From Candidatus Binatia bacterium (GTDB lineage: Bacteria > Desulfobacterota > Binatia > Bin18): 64,000 nucleotides of DNA. Shown piece after piece: positions 57,732 to 64,000 of the stretch. A program made the translations under genes and the position numbers. Under the pieces are notes generated by a model. The model was not told where the DNA came from and did not search any database. It was given only the letters and a program-made list of their open reading frames with translations. Numbering within the stretch: position 1 is the first letter of the stretch; the number at the start of each line of letters is the position of its first letter. Where the stretch lies: assembly GCA_965231765.1 (NCBI GenBank), contig OZ246887.1, positions 2,444,538-2,508,537 on the forward strand. Direction: 5' to 3'.

Positions 57732-58553
57732 ATGGCAACAATGATTACGAGTGACTGTATTAATTGCGGAGCCTGCGAGCCAGAGTGCCCAAATACGGCG
57801 ATTTATCAGGGCGGTGTTGATTGGGATATGAATGGTGCGACCAGCCCTGCAATCTCAAACGATATTTTCTATATCGTGCCCCAGAAGTGCACCGAGTGTG
57901 TCGGGTTTTTTGATCAAGAAGCCTGTGCCGCTGTCTGTCCAGTAGACTGCTGCATCCCGAACCCAGACATTCCAGAAGCGGAATCCGTATTGATTGGGCG
58001 GGCAAAAGAATTACATCCAGAAGAGACTTTTGGAGACGGGTTTCCTTCGCGTTTCAAGGCGGGCGGTGCCGAAGCCGCTCCCACTGTCGCCCCAGCGGCA
58101 GAGGCCGCTCCAGTTGCTGCACCAGCCGTCGTCGCTGCTCCCATCTCTGCCCCTGCCCAAGACGGCCCGACGCTTGCCATCCCAGAGGTCAATGATTGGG
58201 ACGTCCCGCTCACTTGCTACCAGTGTGAAGAAAAATACGAGATATCTTTTGGACGCTTTCGGATTGGCACAGTCTTGAACTGCCCCAACCCTTACTGCAC
58301 GGCCAGCTTAACCGTCACCTCAACGGTGTATAAAAACGTCGCCAATGCCCTAGACAGTTTCCACGAACGGTGGAGTGCAGATTTTGACGCATTCCGCGAA
58401 AAACGACACCGGGAACTCGAAGCGTTTGAAGCAAAAAAGCAGGCACAGCTTGAAAACTTTGCGGCGACTCTTGAGGACGCCATTGCAGATGTCAAACCGG
58501 CCGGTAAACCATGGAGGCGACTGTCGATGTTCGGCTTTCAGCGAGTCGGGTAA
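57732..58553 (+). CDS. 4Fe-4S ferredoxin-domain protein with an Ala/Pro linker and a C-terminal Cys-ribbon + coiled-coil domain
   Basis: Ferredoxin CxxCxxCxxxCP motifs (CINCGACEPECP and CTECVG...CPVDC). The C-terminus has CYQCEE...CPNPYC and a helical tail. Confidence 0.6.
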   Translation: MATMITSDCINCGACEPECPNTAIYQGGVDWDMNGATSPAISNDIFYIVPQKCTECVGFFDQEACAAVCPVDCCIPNPDIPEAESVLIGRAKELHPEETFGDGFPSRFKAGGAEAAPTVAPAAEAAPVAAPAVVAAPISAPAQDGPTLAIPEVNDWDVPLTCYQCEEKYEISFGRFRIGTVLNCPNPYCTASLTVTSTVYKNVANALDSFHERWSADFDAFREKRHRELEAFEAKKQAQLENFAATLEDAIADVKPAGKPWRRLSMFGFQRVG

Positions 58554-58637
58554 AAAAATGATGAATGCAGAACGAGGCAATGCCGAATGATGAATGGGAG
58601 ATATCCCTTTTCTGCCGTTCATCATTCATAATTTTCT

Positions 58638-59477
58638 TCAGTCCTCATACTTCTTGCCAATCTCCATTGCCTCGGGCACACCCAGCAGGTTGGTCATCTC
58701 TTCAAAACAACCCCAGCCTGCATCTTTGGCAATACTGCCAGTCGTCTTGAGCTCGTGCATGGCATCCCGCATCTGGATGTAGGCAGCCATCAGCGTCGCC
58801 GAGTAAATCGTCAGTTTAAAGCCAAACTTCTGGATTTCCGGTACGGGCAGCAATTGTCCATTGTACAACAGCGGCAGATCGCCGAGTTCTTGAGTATAAC
58901 GCTTGATATCGTCAAGCGTTTTAATGCCATCGACAAAAAGTAGGTCTGCACCGGCTTCCCGATACGCTCGGGCACGGGTAATGACATCATCCCAACCATT
59001 GACGGCTAAAGCATCAGTACGAGCAATAATGACAAAATCCGCACTGCGGCGCGCATCACACGCGGCCTTTACTTTAGGGACCATCTCGTTCATCGGGATC
59101 ACTTGCTTGCCGGCCAGGAAACCACACCGTTTGGGCCAGACTTGGTCTTCGATGTGTAAGGCTGAGGCACCCGCAGACTCGTACTCGCGGACCGTGCGAT
59201 ACACATTGACCGGGTTGCCATAACCAGTATCCGCATCACAAACCAGCGGGAGGTCCACAGCATTGGCAATATAGCGCACGTTCTGGACCATCTCAGCCAT
59301 CGTCAACAGACCGACATCTGGAAACCCTCGGGCTGCGGCCGTTCCAAAACCAGTCATGTAGATAGCTTGAAAACCTGCAGATTGAGCAATCCGGGCTTGA
59401 AACGCATCGAAGATAAACGGGGCAACCACCATTTCGGAGCCATTCAACATTTGGCGGAGACGAGTAGCGTTCGACAT
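58638..59477 (-). CDS. isocitrate lyase/PEP mutase superfamily enzyme (methylisocitrate-lyase / oxaloacetate-decarboxylase-like)
   Basis: Motifs DADTGYG and EDQVWPKRCGF. Confidence 0.8.
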   Translation of the reverse strand: MSNATRLRQMLNGSEMVVAPFIFDAFQARIAQSAGFQAIYMTGFGTAAARGFPDVGLLTMAEMVQNVRYIANAVDLPLVCDADTGYGNPVNVYRTVREYESAGASALHIEDQVWPKRCGFLAGKQVIPMNEMVPKVKAACDARRSADFVIIARTDALAVNGWDDVITRARAYREAGADLLFVDGIKTLDDIKRYTQELGDLPLLYNGQLLPVPEIQKFGFKLTIYSATLMAAYIQMRDAMHELKTTGSIAKDAGWGCFEEMTNLLGVPEAMEIGKKYED

Positions 59478-59501
59478 AACAGACTCCTATGAGAGAATGA
59501 T

Positions 59502-60320
59502 CTACCTCAACGAACGGATAAACTTGAGCATGGCATCAATACAGTCTTGCGACGCGTCCACGTAGATCTCATGCCCACTGCCCTCAATCACTGCCATCTG
59601 GGCACCGGGAATACCAGTGCAGATCATGAGTTGTTCGCTTAAGGGGGTGAGCGGGCTCTTGGCGGGAGCTAAAACCAAAGTCGGCACACTGACTTGGGAC
59701 AACAAGGGCTCAACATCCACGCTCGGGACTAAGCGACATAGCCCTTGCAAGACATGGGTCGGGGTTTTTGTCCACTCATCAATCACCCAATTCAAATGCG
59801 GGGAATCTTCCGCTGTTAAGCCTGCGCCTTGCTCAATCAGCGCTTTGGCCCAGCCACCTGAGCCAAGCGTACCAAGGGCGGTTGGCCAGTCCTCATAGCC
59901 CAGCGCAAAGACCTTTTGAATAGGCGGCCGGATAGCTGTAGGCGAGGCACATAGGGTGAGGCTCTTGAATCTTTCCGGCCACTTGGTGGCAAAGGCAATA
60001 CCCAAAATACCGCCGACAGACTCGCCAATATAGTGGACCGAGTCGATCTCTAAAGCATCAAGGAAGCCCTTCATATCGTTCAGCAGGTCATCGACCGACC
60101 AGACATACTTCGCCCCAGGGTCGGCCGACTGACCATGTCCACGCATATCGCGCCGCACAACCCGGTACTGACCGGCAAGACGGGGAACCCAGTGGGACCA
60201 AAAGTTCAGGTTGCGGCCGAAACCGTGCTGTATCCATACCGTCTCAGGTGTTTGCCACGGGTCGGTGAAATCATCGACCTGATAGTGCATCTCATAGTTA
60301 TTGGCCGTAACCTTGGGCAT
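59502..60320 (-). CDS. alpha/beta hydrolase
   Basis: GESVGG nucleophile elbow. Confidence 0.75.
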   Translation of the reverse strand: MPKVTANNYEMHYQVDDFTDPWQTPETVWIQHGFGRNLNFWSHWVPRLAGQYRVVRRDMRGHGQSADPGAKYVWSVDDLLNDMKGFLDALEIDSVHYIGESVGGILGIAFATKWPERFKSLTLCASPTAIRPPIQKVFALGYEDWPTALGTLGSGGWAKALIEQGAGLTAEDSPHLNWVIDEWTKTPTHVLQGLCRLVPSVDVEPLLSQVSVPTLVLAPAKSPLTPLSEQLMICTGIPGAQMAVIEGSGHEIYVDASQDCIDAMLKFIRSLR

Positions 60321-60367
60321 GGCGTTCCTCTCTTTAGATGTGTCGCATGCAAATGGACGACGTCAGA

Positions 60368-61216
60368 TCACCACTCTGTCCGAGCAGGTGGCATAGCACC
60401 ACCTGGGCGGGGCGCATGAACAAGCTCCTCATTACTCACGATATCCTTCTCCAAATACTTTTGGAGGAGCTTCGGTGCGTGGCGCAAGAGTTCGTATTTG
60501 TCTCCATACACTTCCTCCCGCATCCATTCTTCCTGAATCCAACAGTCAAACGATGCCTCAGCAATGAAGTTAAATTCTAGCATCCGCTCATACATGGGCG
60601 TACCGGTCAGGATGACCCGGAGCGAGAAACCCGAATCGACGATCACTGCATACACATCAGCGGGAAGTGTAATCGCACGCTTGATTCGTTCGGCCTCTTT
60701 TGGAGGACAATGTTCTTCGGCAAGCGTCAGATAGGCCCACTCCCCAGGAGTCGGGTTGGCCTGTTTGATCAGTTTCACATTAAGATCGCTCAGAGACTCA
60801 AGCGCTTTTTCTTGGTCGTAATTCTCAACACTCCGAAAAAATGTTGCTCCGGCTGGTTCGCGTGGCTCCTCAGACAACGGCATGTCGTCACGTGGCAGAT
60901 CACTCGTACGGGGACTGTGCGTCTGCCGTCTGCTCTCAGCCGGAGACAGATATTTTCTCGCTTCCGGACTGGCTCGGCGCGATTCATTGCGTTGAGCGTT
61001 ACCTCGGCCCCGGTTTACGCCTCGTCGCTCCTCGCCCGGCCCCGATTTGGCCGCTTCGCTGTTTGGCTTGCGCCCTTGTCCTTCATCCCGGGGAGCGTTG
61101 CCCCGTACTCGTGCTGGGGGTCGATTCTCTCTCGATTTTGGACGTTCGCGTCCTTTTCCTCTTTCTCCCCCGGCACGAGGCTTCTCTCCAGAATTTTTTT
61201 TGTCTCTGTCGGCCAT
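60368..61216 (-). CDS. hypothetical protein with a ~110-aa Arg/Gly/Glu-rich disordered N-terminus and an uncharacterised C-terminal domain
   Basis: N-terminus GEKPRAGGERGKGRERPKSRENRPPARVRG... 19 nt after the PagL-like gene. Confidence 0.5.
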   Translation of the reverse strand: MADRDKKNSGEKPRAGGERGKGRERPKSRENRPPARVRGNAPRDEGQGRKPNSEAAKSGPGEERRGVNRGRGNAQRNESRRASPEARKYLSPAESRRQTHSPRTSDLPRDDMPLSEEPREPAGATFFRSVENYDQEKALESLSDLNVKLIKQANPTPGEWAYLTLAEEHCPPKEAERIKRAITLPADVYAVIVDSGFSLRVILTGTPMYERMLEFNFIAEASFDCWIQEEWMREEVYGDKYELLRHAPKLLQKYLEKDIVSNEELVHAPRPGGAMPPARTEW

Positions 61217-61235
61217 ACGCGTACCCTATGAATTC

Positions 61236-61850
61236 TTAGTTTTGGGGTAAGAAGTACGAAAAACCACCTAGGAAAGAATGCGCATTCAGCCCTCTATTTT
61301 CGTCATACAGGCTTGCATTCGACGAATGGCGGAAACGATAGCCGATATTGATAGAGAGATTTTCCTCCAAGAAATACGTCAGGCCAGCGCCAGCCATCTC
61401 AGTGAAATTAAGGCCACCGCCGAGATTATAGCCTGTGAAGTCGTGGTACAGGATACCTAATCCGCCCTCGATATACGGCGACAGGCGATAGCCAAGGTCA
61501 AAATGGTAGGTTAAGACTGGCAGCATCAGTCCAGCCTCAATCGAAGCGTCCCGGCTTGGAAGACCCGACTCAGCCGTGACCGGCGAAAAGAACGGTTCGG
61601 TTGCAATCTCAAACGCGCCTTCGGGAAAAATCCAGGGTTTGCCTTTGAACACTATATAGCCGATGTGCAAATTGACTGGCACCGTATCAATGGAACGTTG
61701 GCCAATCGAGTAACCGGATCGCACGCCGACATTCCACGACCCCTCTTGGGGTGCCGTAGGAACCGCACCTTGGGCCCAGACTGACGTGACTCCACACATC
61801 AGTACTCCTACAAAAAAGCCAAACAAACTCTGCATAATCCTCTGTGTCAT
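61236..61850 (-). CDS. PagL-like outer-membrane lipid A deacylase / acyloxyacyl hydrolase beta-barrel, tentative
   Basis: The ATG at 61850 has a GGAGGG Shine-Dalgarno. Signal peptide. C-terminal H-x-S-N motif (RHSSNA), beta-strand periodicity and a terminal aromatic. Confidence 0.5.
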   Translation of the reverse strand: MTQRIMQSLFGFFVGVLMCGVTSVWAQGAVPTAPQEGSWNVGVRSGYSIGQRSIDTVPVNLHIGYIVFKGKPWIFPEGAFEIATEPFFSPVTAESGLPSRDASIEAGLMLPVLTYHFDLGYRLSPYIEGGLGILYHDFTGYNLGGGLNFTEMAGAGLTYFLEENLSINIGYRFRHSSNASLYDENRGLNAHSFLGGFSYFLPQN

Positions 61851-61973
61851 GATCCCTCCCCGTATGGCGTCAGCAAGAGAGCTGATCCCCTGCCTCGCTC
61901 TCGCTCCTATCCTACCAGCTTTCCTTGCGCAAGTCGTTTGCATTGGCCTTTCTTCCCGTTTCCAGCCAGCCCC

Positions 61974-62432
61974 TCAAACGTCTGTACTCAGCTCGCTCTC
62001 CACAAAGTCCTTTTGCCCCTCGTCCCATTGAAAGGCGTTGATCGTACGGACTTCGCGGTCATAGACGGAAATAACGACATAGGCGGTATCAGGATAGGAT
62101 GGTTCATCACCAAACATGGCTTGGAGTTTGTCTTCGGCTGAGAAATACGCGTCATGATTTGGATGGGAATGATAGAAGGCAGTCAGTTTCGCATCTCCCC
62201 TATCGGTCTCTTGGATCACAGCCAGCAGCTCCTTCGACTCCATGAAGTAGGCAATCGTGGCGTCGCGTGGATAGGTTTCAGGGTCTTTGGCATGCATGGC
62301 GTTCTGAATATTGGTGATGCGGCGGACTTCGACCTCCTCGCCACGGGTCACAATCGCCCCGCAACACTCGTCCGGAAAGATCTCTTCGGCGTGCCGACAC
62401 AAGGCGTCCCACGTCTTTGCGTGTAAATGAAT
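61974..62432 (-). CDS. JAMM/MPN+ (Mov34) family metallopeptidase
   Basis: JAMM motif E...HSHPNHDAYFSAED. AAGGAGAG Shine-Dalgarno. Confidence 0.8.
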   Translation of the reverse strand: MHLHAKTWDALCRHAEEIFPDECCGAIVTRGEEVEVRRITNIQNAMHAKDPETYPRDATIAYFMESKELLAVIQETDRGDAKLTAFYHSHPNHDAYFSAEDKLQAMFGDEPSYPDTAYVVISVYDREVRTINAFQWDEGQKDFVESELSTDV

Positions 62433-62593
62433 CATGCTGCGTCTCTCCTTCTGATGTGGTAGCCTAGCCGGATTTGCGGATCCTGACCAGAGCGGCGGCG
62501 ATGTTGCGGACATTGCACTAGTGGGCAACCTCGCTATAGTGGCACGGAATGTGGAGACACCATTCGTACAAGCGCGTAAAGGAGCCCAGGCGT

Positions 62594-62923
62594 ATGATTA
62601 CAATAGATGAATTCGGCGCAATTGAACTGCGGGTGGCCACGGTGAAGGCGGCTGAGCCCCATCCGAATGCCGATCGGCTGCTGGTCCTCAAAATTGACAT
62701 CGGCGAACCAGAGGAGCGTCAACTGGTGGCTGGTATCCGAGCCCATTATCCACCACAAGAATTAGTTGGCAAGCAGATTATTGTGGTGGCGAACCTCCAA
62801 CCCGCAACGCTACGCGGTATGGAAAGTCAGGGCATGCTGCTGGCCGCAACAGACGGCAGTAACGGCAATGTCATTGTCTTAAGCCCGGAAAAGCAGGTCA
62901 CGCCGGGATCAAAGGTTGGTTGA
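62594..62923 (+). CDS. csaA: CsaA/EMAP-type tRNA-binding domain protein
   Basis: Myf/tRNA-binding OB fold (LRVATVKAAEPHPNADRLLVLKIDIG). AAAGGAG Shine-Dalgarno. Confidence 0.8.
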   Translation: MITIDEFGAIELRVATVKAAEPHPNADRLLVLKIDIGEPEERQLVAGIRAHYPPQELVGKQIIVVANLQPATLRGMESQGMLLAATDGSNGNVIVLSPEKQVTPGSKVG

Positions 62924-63093
62924 GGAGTAGGCGTGGGAGCCATCCAACCCTTGCTTGCTGGCCACTGTTTTCGATTGCTGGTTGGATTATCAGCAGGCAA
63001 GATATTAAGAGATAAAGAAGGGCAGGACACAACCTTACCCTTAAAAAGCTGTCATACAGCGTTGTTTTTGTCCTCTTTTGAAGACGTCCCTAC

Positions 63094-63477
63094 TCACTCC
63101 TTACCCGCAAACCGATCGATACTAATCACCGCCCGTTCGTGAAAGCCTTCACCAATCTTGGTCCCGTCTTCGTTAAACGCTTCAACCACGAACTTGAGAC
63201 GGCGGCCTTTAATTTCGTTCAGCGTGACTTTGCCCGTAACCTTCTGACCAATCGAGGTCGGAGCGAGGTGTTTGACATCCACATGAAAGCCAACCGTCTG
63301 TTCGCCTTCGTCCATATGCGGGGTCAGGAAATGCACGCACGTGCCCTCCATGAGCTGGATCATTGAGGGCGTCGAATACATCTGCGGGGCATCCGGCCCA
63401 AGATGAACAATGCCCATCTCCGGGGTGGTGGTAATCGTCTCTTCTGACGACATGCCAGGTTTCAAAGACTCTTTCAT
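63094..63477 (-). CDS. hotdog-fold thioesterase family protein
   Basis: 127 aa with the PaaI/FlK-like motif GTCVHF...VGFHVDVKH. Confidence 0.65.
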   Translation of the reverse strand: MKESLKPGMSSEETITTTPEMGIVHLGPDAPQMYSTPSMIQLMEGTCVHFLTPHMDEGEQTVGFHVDVKHLAPTSIGQKVTGKVTLNEIKGRRLKFVVEAFNEDGTKIGEGFHERAVISIDRFAGKE

Positions 63478-63516
63478 CGTTCGCTCCTCTTCCTCTTTAT
63501 GAAAGCTGGCGGCTTT

Positions 63517-64000
63517 TTATGGTACCAAAGCTGCCCGCGTAATCTCTTTGCGATCTGATTTCTCCATTGCTTCGGCCGCGTTTTTCAGCGGGAACTCGGC
63601 ATCGACCAGCTCATGATACGGATATGTGTCAATGTTCTCAGACAAGAACTGCAAGGATTTATGGAGATAATGCGGGTTATATGTCGCCACGCCAACAACT
63701 GAGATGGATTTAAACGTGATCAGCGACGGCGAGATGGTCGCCGTTAAGCCCATAGAAATATTGCCCAGCTCAGCAACTCGTCCGCCACTCCGAACCAGCT
63801 GGATAGCCTCTTCGAAGGCAGCCGGCACACCAGCCACTTCCAGCACGACATCTGGCCCAAGTCCATTCGTTAGTTCCCGAACACGCACCGTGCGGTCTTT
63901 GACTGAGGCGTATTCGCGCATGTCAATCACTTCGTCAGCGCCAAACGCCTTGGCCCGCTGCAAGCGCAAATCAACCCCATCAATGGCAATCACTCGCGCC
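63517..64000 (-). CDS. MDR zinc-binding dehydrogenase, C-terminal part (gene start beyond the window end)
   Basis: Rossmann portion of an MDR family enzyme (VLEVAGVPAAFEEAIQLVRSGGRV). Confidence 0.7.
   Translation of the reverse strand, partial: ARVIAIDGVDLRLQRAKAFGADEVIDMREYASVKDRTVRVRELTNGLGPDVVLEVAGVPAAFEEAIQLVRSGGRVAELGNISMGLTATISPSLITFKSISVVGVATYNPHYLHKSLQFLSENIDTYPYHELVDAEFPLKNAAEAMEKSDRKEITRAALVP

Noticed and set aside
1-64000. Mobile elements (IS/transposase/integrase, phage genes, tRNA-flanked island)
   Set aside because: I recognised no transposase, integrase, recombinase or tRNA gene. The only sign of rearrangement is the hsdR relic at about 4.46-4.80 kb.

Overview
This is a gene-dense bacterial chromosomal window of about 57% GC with strong Shine-Dalgarno usage. 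I did not recognise any rRNA, tRNA, CRISPR array, transposase or integrase.

Main content, left to right:
- A partial AAA_21/ABC-type ATPase runs off the left edge. The supplied ORF track missed it because its stop codon lies outside the window.
- Amidohydrolase-2 and ureidoglycolate-lyase-like cupin genes form a pair.
- A secreted FGE-sulfatase-domain protein follows.
- At 4.46-4.80 kb there is a frameshifted relic of a second hsdR 3' end.
- Next come a TauD/TfdA dioxygenase, a GST and two LLM flavin/F420 oxidoreductases.
- A complete type I restriction-modification operon spans 10.2-18.3 kb on the minus strand, in the order hsdM, AlbA_2/HATPase_c_4 ATPase, hsdS, hsdR. An in-frame 12-bp tandem repeat sits in the embedded gene.
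- A DUF2939 / XdhC-like Rossmann gene pair lies just upstream of it.
- Then come an AurF-like diiron oxygenase, a MATE exporter, an NTF2-like protein with a histone-like tail, a CinA-domain protein, a crotonase, DUF420, a Rieske dioxygenase alpha/beta pair, nadK, rarA, an epoxide hydrolase, more GSTs, an F420-dependent DUF385 enzyme and purM.
- An ExeA(GspA)/GspB-like pair sits directly upstream of minCDE, with a tiny 36-aa poly-Arg/Lys ORF between them.
- The segment from 40 to 51 kb holds TPR proteins, dehydrogenases/reductases, a class-C-like serine hydrolase, a short MetE-like methyltransferase behind a 300-nt leader, LysE, a NUDIX protein and alpha/beta hydrolases.
- At 51.9-55.7 kb a LuxE-like acyl-protein synthetase, a LuxC-like acyl-CoA reductase and a class-III aminotransferase form a three-gene cluster. 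A frameshifted SCP2-like fragment follows. This is a predicted fatty acid to aldehyde to amine route and is the most interesting candidate system.
- Beyond that are a PPOX-F420 enzyme, an MBL/RNase-Z-like hydrolase and a ferredoxin fused to a Cys-ribbon/coiled-coil domain.
- A minus-strand operon encodes a PagL-like protein, an RG-rich disordered protein, an alpha/beta hydrolase and a PEP-mutase-like enzyme.
- The window ends with a JAMM peptidase, CsaA, a thioesterase and a partial MDR dehydrogenase.

The mix of a PagL-like outer-membrane enzyme with several F420-type enzymes and many xenobiotic-type oxygenases, GSTs and hydrolases suggests a large-genome Gram-negative organism. I cannot assign taxonomy from sequence alone.
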